A stretch of 64,000 nucleotides of DNA from Lachnospiraceae bacterium UBA3732 (lineage in GTDB: Bacteria > Bacillota > Clostridia > Lachnospirales > Lachnospiraceae). Within the stretch, counting starts at the first letter, position 1. The number at the start of each line of letters is the position of its first letter. The notes beneath the pieces are model-generated. The model did no database searches, had not been told where the DNA came from, and was given only the letters and a program-made list of their open reading frames with translations. This document shows positions 19,394-29,855 of the stretch, piece by piece. The stretch lies in assembly GCA_002372545.1 (NCBI GenBank), contig DFHD01000045.1, positions 6,169 to 70,168 on the forward strand. Direction: 5' to 3'. The position numbers and the translations under genes were made by a program.

Positions 19394-22099
19394 ATGGGTC
19401 TTTTCAGCAGTTTGAAAAATATGTTCAGCGGTCAGAAAAAGTCCAGCAAGAGTTCTGTTGAACTTCAGTATGACAAGGCAATGAACTATTTTGATAATGC
19501 CAACGGAGAGGATGGTGTAAAGATCCTCGAGGGTATTGTGGATATCGGTATCAACGATGCCCAGTATAAGCAGTTCGGACTGGATGCTCTGCAGGTCATT
19601 GCGGAGTATTATGAGAATGGCTCTTATAAGAATGCAAAAACAGAAAAGAACGTGGGCAAGGCGGCAGCTTATGTGGAAAAGTATGCCAATCTGACCAATG
19701 ACGGTGAGTCAATCTACCGTGTGGCCAAGATGTATCTGGAAGCGCAGAATTTTTCCAAAGCCATCACCTTCTTTGAAAAGGCTGCGGTTGCCGGGATCAA
19801 GCCTGCATATATGAATCTGGGATCGATCTATGAGAACGGTCTTTCCCGGGTGGATGAATATGGAAACCGGAGTGAGTTCGTGGTTCCTGTGGATCTGGAA
19901 CGGGCAAAGTCCTGGTATGGCAAGCTGGCCGATCAGGGCGATGAAAAGGCCAAAACTGCCTTTGACCGCGTGGATTATGCCATGAAGCATACCGATTCCA
20001 TCGAGTTCGAGGAAAAGGACAGACTGTATACGGAGATTGCCGAGAAGAGGAAGGAAAAGGGCAAGGAGCCCCGCTATAAGGCAATTGACCCGGCCAAGCT
20101 GCAGTATCAGTATACATATGTGCATAATCAGGTGGATGGTTACATCCACAAACTTCCCAAGGACTGGGTAAAGACCATCAATGAGGAAACGGACGAAGAG
20201 TATTATGCCCCCAGCATGACCTATAAGGATTTCGAGATGTATGTTTCCTACGACAGCATCCCCAGAGATTCCAAGAAAACGCTGGAGAATTATCTTCGCT
20301 ACTGCAATGATGCTTTCGATGAAGAGCTTACACTGAAGTCCTATATCACAGAGTATTCCGACGGTATCTGCACAACGTTCTACCACAAGGGAATGGATAA
20401 GGGTATTGTTACCTTTGCCTTTTACAATGGACGCCGGCTGGCCTGCATGCGTTTCGTGTGCGCGACCATGGAGATCATTGAGCAGTATGAGGAGATCATC
20501 TTCGAGACCGCCAATTCCTTTGCCTTTGTAGCGCCGACCCGTGTCAGTGACCAGAGTCTGAACCGGAAGGATAATCAGTATTACAGCGAGGCAGTTTACT
20601 GCTATTATCTGGAGGATTACGAGGGTGCCATGAACGCCGCAAAGCAGGCACTGAAGCTTGGCTCCATAAAGGCCAGCTACCTTCTGATCGACCTCTACTA
20701 CGATCCGGATTCTCCGTATCGTGACATTGATAAGACCATCAGCTACGCGCAGCAGCTGTTTGAAGCTACCAAGGATCCGGATCTGGCTTTCCTGATCGGT
20801 AATATTTATGACCAGGAAAGAAAGGATTACATGAAGGCGCTCAACTGGTACGAGGATGCATACCGTCTTGGCCATAAGCGTGTTCCCTTCTATCTTGGCC
20901 GGTTCTATTACTATGGTCTTCTTCGTACGGGACGTGACGGTGAGAAGGCTCTCCGTTATTTCCAGGAGGCACAGAAGAACGGTATTATCGAGGCGGATGC
21001 ATATATCAAGGATATTAAGGATCTGCACGGCGAGAATCTGCAGTCCGCATGCGAAAAATGGGAGCGTGCCGTACAGGCCGGCAGCGCTGCTACCGCGCTG
21101 AAGGTTGCCCTCATGAAGCAGGCGCAGGTATTCTATATAGCCAGCGATTATGAGATTGAAAAGGCCTTCCTTGAGGCTCTTGGTCTGGGCAGCACACAGG
21201 CGGCCTATGAGCTGGGTAAGATTTACGAAAGACAGGAGGCTTCTCCTAACTTTGAAGGCGAGAAAAAGAGTCTTTCCTATTTTGAAAAGGCTTATGATAA
21301 ACAGTATGACGGCTTTGATAAGGAAAACCTCTTCAAGGTGATCAGGTACAAGGAAGAAAAGGGCGCTACAGAGGAGCAGCTGATCCAGCTGTATCTCGAG
21401 AATGCCAAGATGGCTTATGTGCCTGCTGTTGAGAAGGTTACCGAGCTGGTTCGTTACAGGACGCCGCAGATCACCGAGCTCTATGAAGCGCTTATGGAGC
21501 AGGCAGAGGGTGGAGATGATGCAGCCATTATCTCCATGTTCAAGATGGAGAAGACCTATCCCGATCTGGTCATCAAAGAGCCTACACATGAACAGAAGGT
21601 AATTGAGAATAAATTCTTCCGTCTGCTTGTTCCCCGTGAGTGCAGCGCGACCATTAACGATGACGGCGGTACCATTAAGCTGGCCGATTCCGTGATCGAG
21701 TTTGCGGTTGCCGAGCTTCCGGTAAAGGTAGAGAGCGAAGAGGATTACCTGAAGATTTACAAGCTGATCCTTTCCGAGTATCTGCCGGATGATAATGCTG
21801 ATGTCATTATCGCCAACTCAAGGATGATCGGTTCCGGCATGAAGGAGCAGAAGGATAATGTATTCTCCTTCAGTATCCTGATGATCAGCTCCAAGAACCA
21901 GTATCTGTTTAAGCTCAGCTCCCGTGACAGACGGCAGATGATCTCCTTCAAGGGTGAAGTGACCAAGATTGCCAAGTCTCTTGTTGAGACGGGAGAAATC
22001 TATGTGGCAACCGACGGCAACAGAAGAGATATCGGCCTTTCTGTTCTGCTGAAGGCAAACGAGGGCGGTTTCCTTTCCATCGGTAAGACAGGGGAGTAA
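19394..22099 (+). CDS. Sel1-like/TPR repeat protein (~900 aa)
   Basis: Repeated A..wyekAa..G...A...LG.iY motifs; RBS ggaggt before ATG 19394. Confidence 0.88.
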   Translation: MGLFSSLKNMFSGQKKSSKSSVELQYDKAMNYFDNANGEDGVKILEGIVDIGINDAQYKQFGLDALQVIAEYYENGSYKNAKTEKNVGKAAAYVEKYANLTNDGESIYRVAKMYLEAQNFSKAITFFEKAAVAGIKPAYMNLGSIYENGLSRVDEYGNRSEFVVPVDLERAKSWYGKLADQGDEKAKTAFDRVDYAMKHTDSIEFEEKDRLYTEIAEKRKEKGKEPRYKAIDPAKLQYQYTYVHNQVDGYIHKLPKDWVKTINEETDEEYYAPSMTYKDFEMYVSYDSIPRDSKKTLENYLRYCNDAFDEELTLKSYITEYSDGICTTFYHKGMDKGIVTFAFYNGRRLACMRFVCATMEIIEQYEEIIFETANSFAFVAPTRVSDQSLNRKDNQYYSEAVYCYYLEDYEGAMNAAKQALKLGSIKASYLLIDLYYDPDSPYRDIDKTISYAQQLFEATKDPDLAFLIGNIYDQERKDYMKALNWYEDAYRLGHKRVPFYLGRFYYYGLLRTGRDGEKALRYFQEAQKNGIIEADAYIKDIKDLHGENLQSACEKWERAVQAGSAATALKVALMKQAQVFYIASDYEIEKAFLEALGLGSTQAAYELGKIYERQEASPNFEGEKKSLSYFEKAYDKQYDGFDKENLFKVIRYKEEKGATEEQLIQLYLENAKMAYVPAVEKVTELVRYRTPQITELYEALMEQAEGGDDAAIISMFKMEKTYPDLVIKEPTHEQKVIENKFFRLLVPRECSATINDDGGTIKLADSVIEFAVAELPVKVESEEDYLKIYKLILSEYLPDDNADVIIANSRMIGSGMKEQKDNVFSFSILMISSKNQYLFKLSSRDRRQMISFKGEVTKIAKSLVETGEIYVATDGNRRDIGLSVLLKANEGGFLSIGKTGE

Positions 22100-22142
22100 A
22101 GCTGCGTTTATCTCCCGGTAAGACAGAAAAAAAGTATATAGC

Positions 22143-22251
22143 TGCTTCAGGGCAGGGGGAAGTTCCCGACCGGCGGTAAAGCCCGCGCGTGCATTTGCAC
22201 ATGATCCGGTGAGATTCCGGGGCCGACAGTACAGTCTGGATGAGAGAAGCA
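22143..22251 (+). promoter_or_regulatory. FMN riboswitch (RFN element)
   Basis: cttcagggcagggggaagttcccgaccggcggtaaagcccgcg...gatccggtgagattccggggccgacagtacagtctggatgagagaag matches the RFN consensus, upstream of ribD. Confidence 0.96.
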
Positions 22252-22290
22252 AGGAGTATCACGCCGGGATTATCCTGCGTGTAAAGTAAG

Positions 22291-22320
22291 TGCCCTGGAG
22301 TTTTTCCGGGGCATTTTCTT
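22291..22320 (+). terminator. Riboswitch expression-platform terminator
   Basis: tgccctgga-gtttt-tccggggca followed by ttttctt. Confidence 0.8.
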
Positions 22321-22611
22321 GCGCGATGTTGTTCTATGTTCGAGTGCTGAAAGCATAGTCCCCGAACACGACAGCGATTTTCTGAAATCTTCCAAAAACC
22401 TTCTGAAAGCACCATCGCTCGACTTTAACTCGCTCCCACGCCCTTTTCCAATGTCGGCACCTCCGCCGGTGCCTCCTCATTGGAAGGCGTGTCCGCTCAG
22501 ACACAACCGCTCGCGAGGTGCTTATACGAAGCTTTTTGTTCGATTTCTACGAAAATCGGTCTATCGTTCGGATGACTATACTTTCATCCCTCGAACGATA
22601 ACAACTGCAAA
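22319..22611. repeat. Long imperfect hairpin element, copy A (structured repeat / candidate ncRNA)
   Basis: Nested inverted repeats over ~290 nt; core 22375-22558 is homologous to 62944-63128 with compensatory changes. Confidence 0.85.
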
Positions 22612-22673
22612 AATGAACGTTATTGACTGGGTCGATAGTATGTGGCCTTAATGTGAGATGATCAGTGGATAAT

Positions 22674-23903
22674 ATGACGAATGAAATACAGGAAAAGTAC
22701 ATGCGGCGTGCCATAGAGCTGGCGAAAAAGGGCAGAGGCTTTGTGAATCCCAACCCACTGGTGGGAGCCGTCATCGTTAAGGACGGCCGCATCATAGGCG
22801 AAGGATACCATACCCGGTATGGTGAGCTGCATGCTGAACGAGAAGCATTGAAAAGCCTGAGGGAGTCAGCAGAAGGGGCAGATATCTACGTGACCCTGGA
22901 GCCCTGCTGCCATCATGGAAAACAGCCTCCCTGCACGGAGGCAATCGTGGAAAGCGGAATACGCAGAGTGTTTGTGGGTTCCCCGGATCCGAACCCGCTG
23001 GTAAGGGGGAAGGGGCTTAAATTCCTGCGAGAGCATGGTATTGAAGTATTTACCGATGTTCTCCGGGAGGAATGCGATGCGCTGAATCCGGTATTTTTTA
23101 AGTATATTACCAGGAAAATTCCATATGTGATCTATAAATATGCCATGACTCTGGACGGGAAGACCGCCTGTTACACAGGAGATGCTAAATGGGTATCCAA
23201 TGATCTGTCAAGGAATTTCACCCAGGACATGCGCGGAGAGTGCATGTCGATCATGGCGGGCATCGGCACGGTCCTTGCGGATGATCCGATGCTGAATGCC
23301 AGAAAGGAAGGACTTAGACAGCCGGTTCGCCTGATCTGTGATTCGGGGCTCAGAATTTCCGCTGAATCCAAGCTGGTACAATCCGCCGGAGACTATCCGC
23401 TTTGGATACTGGCATCGGAAAATCTTTCAGAAGAAGGGAAGAGGAAAAAAGCGCAGCTGGAGGCATCCGGAGCTGAGGTGATCCTGCTCCCGGAAGAAGG
23501 TTATGCCAGCGGGATGTCCGGGGAAGAAAGTAGGGGGGCAGAACCCCCGGAAGGATCGCAGAAAGAGTACGGAGCAGGAGCACCGGCAGATGTTATCAAT
23601 GTAAGAACAGGGCGGCTCTCTCTTACGGCTGCTCTTCGTGTTCTGGGAGAACGGGGAATCGACAGCATCCTTCTGGAGGGAGGCGGAACCCTGGCGTGGA
23701 GCTTTATGGAACAGAATCTTATAGATGAAATCCGCGTCTTTATCGCCCCAAAGTTATTCGGCGGGGAAAATGCAGCTTCGCCTGTTAGAGGTGAAGGCAT
23801 TGACAAGGCGGCTCTGGCGCCGGCCTTTCATCCTGTGGAGTCGAGGTGGCTGGGCGAGGACTTATATGTGAGGTATGTGAAGGATGTTTACAGGGATCAT
23901 TGA
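22674..23903 (+). CDS. ribD: Bifunctional diaminohydroxyphosphoribosylaminopyrimidine deaminase/reductase
   Basis: PNPLVGAV, HAE, VTLEPCCHHGKQPPC, TLDGK, GTVLADDP, LEGGGTL. Confidence 0.96.
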   Translation: MTNEIQEKYMRRAIELAKKGRGFVNPNPLVGAVIVKDGRIIGEGYHTRYGELHAEREALKSLRESAEGADIYVTLEPCCHHGKQPPCTEAIVESGIRRVFVGSPDPNPLVRGKGLKFLREHGIEVFTDVLREECDALNPVFFKYITRKIPYVIYKYAMTLDGKTACYTGDAKWVSNDLSRNFTQDMRGECMSIMAGIGTVLADDPMLNARKEGLRQPVRLICDSGLRISAESKLVQSAGDYPLWILASENLSEEGKRKKAQLEASGAEVILLPEEGYASGMSGEESRGAEPPEGSQKEYGAGAPADVINVRTGRLSLTAALRVLGERGIDSILLEGGGTLAWSFMEQNLIDEIRVFIAPKLFGGENAASPVRGEGIDKAALAPAFHPVESRWLGEDLYVRYVKDVYRDH

Positions 23904-24630
23904 AGCGGTTGGTGAGGTGAAAGCAGTTCGCCATGGACCGAAATCTGCGGCATTGGAGATTCTTTCGCCAACGCTGATGAACGGCATGAAGCTTGGAGAC
24001 AGCGTGGCGGTGAATGGCGTATGTCTTACGGCAAGAGAAATCCGTTCTGATGGATTTGCTGCAGATGTGATGGCGGAAACCCTGCGCCGCAGCTCGCTTG
24101 GCGAATTAAAAAACGGAAGTTATGTAAACCTGGAAAGAGCCATGCAGCTGGGATGCCGTTTTGGCGGACATATTGTGGCCGGGCATGTAGATGGCACAGG
24201 CGTCATCACCGGCTTTAAGCGAGAGGATGTGGCGGTCTGGGTCACCATAAAGGCGGATCGGAAGGTTATGCGGTATATCATCGAAAAGGGCTCTGTCGCC
24301 CTTGACGGCGTGAGTCTGACTGTGGCGGAGGTTCTGCCGGACAGCTTCCGGGTTTCTCTCATCCCGCATACGGCAAAGGAGACCACCTTGCTGGATAAAA
24401 AGGTGGGCAGCCGGATCAATATCGAGAACGACATGATCGGTAAATATGTGGAACGCCTCCTGGCCTTTGGTCGAATGGAACCGGATCGGAATGCCGGTAT
24501 GCAGGGTCTGTTTGGCACCGTGGATGATATGCAGTCCGGAAATACAGGCTCCGGGGGTAATATGCAGCCCGGAAATACAGGCTCCGGTGGACTCAGTCTT
24601 GAAACCCTGGCCGAGAACGGCTTCCTGTAG
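23884..24630 (+). CDS. ribE: Riboflavin synthase (alpha chain)
   Basis: MFTGII start, GDSVAVNGVCLT, VNLERA, GGHIVAGHVD, KGSVALDGVSLT. Confidence 0.96.
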   Translation: MFTGIIEAVGEVKAVRHGPKSAALEILSPTLMNGMKLGDSVAVNGVCLTAREIRSDGFAADVMAETLRRSSLGELKNGSYVNLERAMQLGCRFGGHIVAGHVDGTGVITGFKREDVAVWVTIKADRKVMRYIIEKGSVALDGVSLTVAEVLPDSFRVSLIPHTAKETTLLDKKVGSRINIENDMIGKYVERLLAFGRMEPDRNAGMQGLFGTVDDMQSGNTGSGGNMQPGNTGSGGLSLETLAENGFL

Positions 24631-24730
24631 AATCCATCAGGAATCCGTTTGAGTATGGGAAATCTCCGGTGTTTTGCATTACTCTTGCTGAAAGGTTATG
24701 GGGATATTATCATAAAAGAAGGAGACGGAA

Positions 24731-25939
24731 ATGAACGATTATACGCTGAATGAGATAGATGAAATACTGGAGGATATGCGTCAGGGGATTCCTGTTGTGA
24801 TCATGGATGATGAAAACCGTGAGAACGAGGGGGATGTGATCTTTGCGGCTGAGTTCGCCACCACCGAGAACGTCAATTTTATGGCAAAATATGCAAGAGG
24901 GCTGATTTGTATGCCTATGTCGCAGGAAATCTGTGAAAGGCTGAAGCTGCCCCAGATGTGCATTGTAAATACCGATAATCACACAACTGCCTTTTCCGTA
25001 TCCATAGATCATGTGAATACTACTACAGGTATCTCGGCAGAGGAAAGAGGCATCACGGCCAGGGAGGCTGCCCGTCCGGATGCGAAGCCGGCCGATTTCC
25101 GCCGGCCGGGACATATGTTCCCGCTGCAGGCCAGGGAAGGCGGCGTAATTGAGCGCCCCGGACATACGGAGGCGACTGTCGACCTTTGCCGTCTTGCGGG
25201 ACTCGAGCCGGTGGGACTTTGCTGCGAGATCATGAAGGATGATGGTACCATGGCAAGGCTGCCGGATCTTGTGCTTTTTGCACGCGAGAACAATCTGAAG
25301 ATTTCCACCATTGAAAAGCTTATCCAATACAGAAAAGAACATGAGGTATTTGTGGAGGAGGTATCTGCTGCCAAGCTTCCGACAAGGTACGGTGAATTCA
25401 TTATTCACGGCTTCATCAATAAGCTGAACGGGGAACATCATGTTGCCCTTACGATGGGGAAAATTGATGATGGAGAGCCTGTGCTTGTCCGCGTGCATTC
25501 TGAATGCCTTACCGGAGATGCCTTCGGCTCTGCGCGTTGTGACTGCGGACAGCAGCTGGATGCGGCCATGAAGAAGATTGCAGCAGAGGGCCGGGGAGTT
25601 CTCCTTTACATGCGACAGGAGGGCCGGGGCATTGGCCTGATCAATAAAATCCGCGCTTACAAGCTGCAGGATGAGGGACTGGATACAGTTGAGGCGAACG
25701 TGGAGCTCGGATTCCCCGCTGATGCCCGTGATTATACGATCGGTACCCAGATCCTCGTGGAGCTCGGCGTTCGGAAAATGCGTCTTCTTACTAACAACCC
25801 GGATAAAATCTACGGACTTGCCGGATATAATCTGGAGATCACGGAACGCGTTCCCATTGAGGTTGCGGCATCCGCTTATGATGCTTTTTATCTGAAGACC
25901 AAAAAAGACAAGATGGGGCATATGCTGAATCTGGATTAA
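24731..25939 (+). CDS. ribBA: Bifunctional DHBP synthase / GTP cyclohydrolase II
   Basis: [55 protein letters not shown]. Confidence 0.97.
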   Translation: MNDYTLNEIDEILEDMRQGIPVVIMDDENRENEGDVIFAAEFATTENVNFMAKYARGLICMPMSQEICERLKLPQMCIVNTDNHTTAFSVSIDHVNTTTGISAEERGITAREAARPDAKPADFRRPGHMFPLQAREGGVIERPGHTEATVDLCRLAGLEPVGLCCEIMKDDGTMARLPDLVLFARENNLKISTIEKLIQYRKEHEVFVEEVSAAKLPTRYGEFIIHGFINKLNGEHHVALTMGKIDDGEPVLVRVHSECLTGDAFGSARCDCGQQLDAAMKKIAAEGRGVLLYMRQEGRGIGLINKIRAYKLQDEGLDTVEANVELGFPADARDYTIGTQILVELGVRKMRLLTNNPDKIYGLAGYNLEITERVPIEVAASAYDAFYLKTKKDKMGHMLNLD

Positions 25940-25987
25940 GTGTTTGTTGGCCCCCGTATAAAGAACGGGGTGAATTGAGGATTGGAC

Positions 25988-26737
25988 ATGGAAGCTGAAC
26001 AGAATAAAGAAAAGTCCGGGAAAAGCAAAATACGAAAGCGTATCCTCATCACGGTATTGATCATCCTTTTGCTGGCGCTTTCTGCTGCCGGGATTTACCT
26101 CATGACATATTATCATGCGAATGACCGGGCGAAGGAAGCGCTTCAGTCGGATAAAAGTGTGCAGGTTGAAAAAACGGATTACGGCTGGTATTTTGACGGC
26201 CCCGGTAAGGATGATGCTCTGGTTTTTTATCCAGGTGCGAGAGTGGAGGAAACGGCATATGCGCCATTCCTGCATCTTCTTGCAGAAAGAGGACTTGATG
26301 TATGTCTTGTTAAGATGCCTTTCCGGATGGCTGTTTTCGGAAAAAACAAGGCAACGAATGTGATGAAGCAATACAGCTATAAAAACTGGTATATAGGGGG
26401 ACATTCCATGGGCGGCGCAATGGCGGCAAGTTATGCCTCCGCGCATAGCGGTAAACTGAAAGGCGTAATCCTGTGTGCAGCATATACAGTGGACCGGCTG
26501 GATGATTATTTGCAGGTGATTTCTGTTTATGGAGACCGGGACCGTGTGATCGACCGGAAAAAGCTGGAAAAGGGGCGGGAGCTTTCTCCCGACAGTATGG
26601 CAGAGTATGAGATTCCGGGCGCAAATCATGCCGGCTTTGGTGATTATGGAAGCCAGAGAGGCGATGGAAAGGCGGAAATCCCGCCGGAGGAGCAGCAGAG
26701 ACTGGCGGTGGAATTTATAATACGTAATTTAAAATAA
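25988..26737 (+). CDS. Membrane-anchored alpha/beta hydrolase
   Basis: N-terminal TM, FYPGA, GHSMGG nucleophile elbow, GDRD, GANHAGFG. Confidence 0.88.
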   Translation: MEAEQNKEKSGKSKIRKRILITVLIILLLALSAAGIYLMTYYHANDRAKEALQSDKSVQVEKTDYGWYFDGPGKDDALVFYPGARVEETAYAPFLHLLAERGLDVCLVKMPFRMAVFGKNKATNVMKQYSYKNWYIGGHSMGGAMAASYASAHSGKLKGVILCAAYTVDRLDDYLQVISVYGDRDRVIDRKKLEKGRELSPDSMAEYEIPGANHAGFGDYGSQRGDGKAEIPPEEQQRLAVEFIIRNLK

Positions 26738-26830
26738 TGGTAACTGTCAGCGGATGCTTCAAAAACTTGCTGGACGTCCGCGCACGTAATGCGGTTTTTT
26801 ACAAAGAAATTACTCACGAGGAGGAAAAAA

Positions 26831-27292
26831 ATGAAGAAGCTGGAAGGAAAAGTAGTCGCAGAAGGAATGAAGGTAGCCATTGTGGCTTCCCGGTTTAATG
26901 AATTTATTGTGCAGAAACTGGTGGGCGGCGCTGTGGATGGTCTGGTAAGACATAATGCGGCGGAAGAGGATATTACGCTGGCCTGGGTACCCGGTGCATT
27001 TGAAATTCCGCTGGTTGCCAAGAAGCTGGCAAAAAGCGGAAATTATGACGCCGTGATCTGTCTGGGGGCTGTGATCCGGGGCGAGACCAGTCACTATGAT
27101 TATGTATGCGCAGAGGTTTCCAAGGGCATTGCGCAGGTAGAGCTGGAATCCGGAATCCCGGTCATGTTCGGCATCTTAACAACAGATACCATCGAACAGG
27201 CTGTACAGCGCGCCGGAAGCAAGGCGGGAAATAAGGGCTATGACTGTGCGCTCGGTGCCATTGAGATGGTCAACCTGATGCGGGCAATCTAA
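26831..27292 (+). CDS. ribH: 6,7-dimethyl-8-ribityllumazine synthase
   Basis: [35 protein letters not shown]; RBS gaggagg before ATG 26831. Confidence 0.97.
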   Translation: MKKLEGKVVAEGMKVAIVASRFNEFIVQKLVGGAVDGLVRHNAAEEDITLAWVPGAFEIPLVAKKLAKSGNYDAVICLGAVIRGETSHYDYVCAEVSKGIAQVELESGIPVMFGILTTDTIEQAVQRAGSKAGNKGYDCALGAIEMVNLMRAI

Positions 27293-28090
27293 ATGAATCC
27301 TTTTCATATGAATCTTTTGTTTTTTGATATTGACGGGACACTGATCACAGATGATGATGAGCACTTTTTTCCGGAGGATGCCAGAGAGGCTCTGCGGATG
27401 GTGCAGGCGGCCGGAAATAAGATTTTTATCAATACGGGAAGAGTGTTCAGTAATGTGGAGACGCACATCCGGCAGGGCTTTGACGGACTGGTGTGCGGCT
27501 GCGGAACGGATATCCGAATCGGCAAGGAATGTGTTTTCCGGCATACCTTCCCGCGGGATTTTTGTGTTATGATCGCAGAGGCATGCCGCAGGTATCGGTT
27601 TTCCGGGCTGTTTGAGCATGCGGAGCATACCGCCATTGATACGGAGGTGGAGCTCGGAGACAGATCCAAGCTGGTGGAATACTTTCAGCAAAACGGACGC
27701 CGGCTCATTACGGATATTTATGATCCGGATTTTACCTTCGATAAATTCTCTGCCTTCTACGATGAAAAGAGCGATGTGGATGGGTTCCGTACATATATTT
27801 CGGAGTGGTTTCATTATATTGACCGGGAAGGAAACTTCTGCGAAATAGTGCCAAAGGGATTTTCCAAGGCAAGCGGGATTCAGTTTCTGCTTGACTATTA
27901 CGGTCTGGATAGGCATAATACCTATGTGTTTGGAGACGGAAACAATGATCTGGAAATGCTCCGTTTTTCTCCCCATTCCGTTTGCATGGGACTTGGCTCG
28001 GAGGATGCGAAGAAGGCAGCGGACTTTGTCACGGCTGATGTACGGGAGGGCGGCCTTCGGAAAGCTATGGAGCATTACGGTCTGATCTGA
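27293..28090 (+). CDS. Cof-type HAD IIB hydrolase
   Basis: FFDIDGTL, NTGR, SKASGI, FGDGNNDLEM; start may be 27308. Confidence 0.9.
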   Translation: MNPFHMNLLFFDIDGTLITDDDEHFFPEDAREALRMVQAAGNKIFINTGRVFSNVETHIRQGFDGLVCGCGTDIRIGKECVFRHTFPRDFCVMIAEACRRYRFSGLFEHAEHTAIDTEVELGDRSKLVEYFQQNGRRLITDIYDPDFTFDKFSAFYDEKSDVDGFRTYISEWFHYIDREGNFCEIVPKGFSKASGIQFLLDYYGLDRHNTYVFGDGNNDLEMLRFSPHSVCMGLGSEDAKKAADFVTADVREGGLRKAMEHYGLI

Positions 28091-28129
28091 CTTCCGGCAT
28101 TATTATTACACATTAATCAGGTAACAGAG

Positions 28130-29029
28130 ATGAGATATTACGATGGAAAAGGACCGGAGCCGGAATGGCGTCCGGCAGACAATCAGGAGAATGATCAGGA
28201 AAACCGGGATGCATCCGGTAGTTTTGGCGTGAATCCATCCATGCGGATTCTGGAACAGGGGAGAAGTGCGGTTATGCATCCGGTACGGCTTCCCGGGCTG
28301 GGATCCCTTCCGGGAAAGAAATTTGCCGGATATTCCTTTGCGCTTCTAACTCTGGTCAGCGTGGTCATCTATGTGATCCCTATGATCGCAGCCATTATCG
28401 GTTTTGGAGGTTTCGAAAAGCTTTTTAATGAAAAGATCCCGGAAATCCATGTGGAAAACGGAGTTTTGACTGCAGAGGACCGTTTCGAAATGGCCGTTCC
28501 CAATATGCATGTGGTGATCGATACCAGTGAAGAAGCCGGCGCTTTACCGGATACGGATACCGGCGGACTTTATCTGATTTTCGGCAGCAGGGAATACCGC
28601 CTTACGATACTGGAGACTGCGGGAAGCCAGAGAGTATCGCAGAATTTTCTGGTCGGCAATATTTCGGATATTCTGCCCGATGGAACGGTCCGGAGCGATC
28701 TGGAAAAGATCACGCCTGCCATTTATGTGGCGCTGTTTCTTACATGGGTCATTATGATCTTTGGTCTCTACATCCGCTATTTCTTCATGGCGCTGATCTA
28801 TATGCTCTTTACGGTTCCGCTGGTCAGAAGAAGCGGCCTTGCCCTGACAAACGGCGAAATCTTCCGTATGTGTTTTTACGCGGAGACAACAGGTATTCTT
28901 CTGGTCAACATAAATATGGCCACAGGGCTTTTGCCGGGGGCCATAGTATCTGTTGCGGGCATGATCATTACCTGCGTATATATCTTTAAATCCATGAAGG
29001 AGTATATCCGTCCGGCGTCTGAGGACTGA
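28130..29029 (+). CDS. Multi-pass membrane protein (DUF1189-like)
   Basis: TM, then IPEIHVENGVL..VIDT extracellular domain, then three C-terminal TMs. Confidence 0.7.
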   Translation: MRYYDGKGPEPEWRPADNQENDQENRDASGSFGVNPSMRILEQGRSAVMHPVRLPGLGSLPGKKFAGYSFALLTLVSVVIYVIPMIAAIIGFGGFEKLFNEKIPEIHVENGVLTAEDRFEMAVPNMHVVIDTSEEAGALPDTDTGGLYLIFGSREYRLTILETAGSQRVSQNFLVGNISDILPDGTVRSDLEKITPAIYVALFLTWVIMIFGLYIRYFFMALIYMLFTVPLVRRSGLALTNGEIFRMCFYAETTGILLVNINMATGLLPGAIVSVAGMIITCVYIFKSMKEYIRPASED

Positions 29030-29135
29030 ACCGGCTGATTCACTTCCCTCTTGTTCGTGCTGATGTATTTTGGGCGATGCATTTCTTTGATGCTGCATTC
29101 CCTGGATTTTTTTCGTAATTGGTTCCGTTATGGAT

Positions 29136-29615
29136 TTAACGAGAACCGGCAATCAGCTCCCGGATCTCATCCGGTGACATGCGGGTCATGCAGGCATTCT
29201 GATAAGAGGGGTTTTCTGTGACATCCCTGCCCAGAAAACCGGACGGCGTATAGGACTCGGCAGCCTCTTTCGAGGGGAATTCCACTTCCGCAAGAACGAG
29301 ACCATCCAGAATGCCATGAAAGACATCCAGCTCGATCGTGAGTCCGTCCTTTTCCGGGATCAGATAGCGGGTCTTTTCGATCACATGACCCTCAGCTTTC
29401 CTCAGGAGATTATCATATTCTTCGGTTGTGAGGAGCATTTCATATTCTTCCCGTTGAAGGAGTCCTGCGGATTTGATCGTCAGGATCCTTTTTTCGTTTG
29501 ACCGGCGAATCCGGATCACGGGCCGTGTGGAGATGTAAGCCTGGGAGATTTCCTTTCTGGTAAGCCCCTCAAGCGGCGGAAGCGTTTTGACCAGAAATTT
29601 TCTTTCGATTTCCAT
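29136..29615 (-). CDS. CYTH-domain protein
   Basis: MEIERKFLV, RIR, LTIK, IEKTRY, ELDVF, AEVEF. Confidence 0.92.
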   Translation of the reverse strand: MEIERKFLVKTLPPLEGLTRKEISQAYISTRPVIRIRRSNEKRILTIKSAGLLQREEYEMLLTTEEYDNLLRKAEGHVIEKTRYLIPEKDGLTIELDVFHGILDGLVLAEVEFPSKEAAESYTPSGFLGRDVTENPSYQNACMTRMSPDEIRELIAGSR

Positions 29616-29855
29616 AGATTAATCCTTTCCGGCTCCTTCGAAAAGAAGCATATAAGCCTGATGATAAAACTGCATTTCTTTTACAGCGCCGTGAATGTTT
29701 CTGCATCGCCTGCCGAACTGAGCCGGGTGCAGATTTATTATAACAGAATTATCTCTTGACGTCAGAAAAAAGTTGAACGATAATGGTAATGTTCGTGATT
29801 ATTCAGAAACCGGTATGTGAAGGATGCTTCCTGCCGGATGCGATCGAGGTGCTTC

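Noticed and set aside
22319-22651. 110-aa ORF between the riboswitch and ribD
   Set aside because: It coincides with hairpin element A and has no RBS. Conservation with copy B is at the base-pair level, not in a consistent reading frame.
29640-29740. Fluoride or other riboswitch upstream of the CYTH gene
   Set aside because: ggcgatg is present on the - strand but the rest of the consensus and the pseudoknot pairing are missing.
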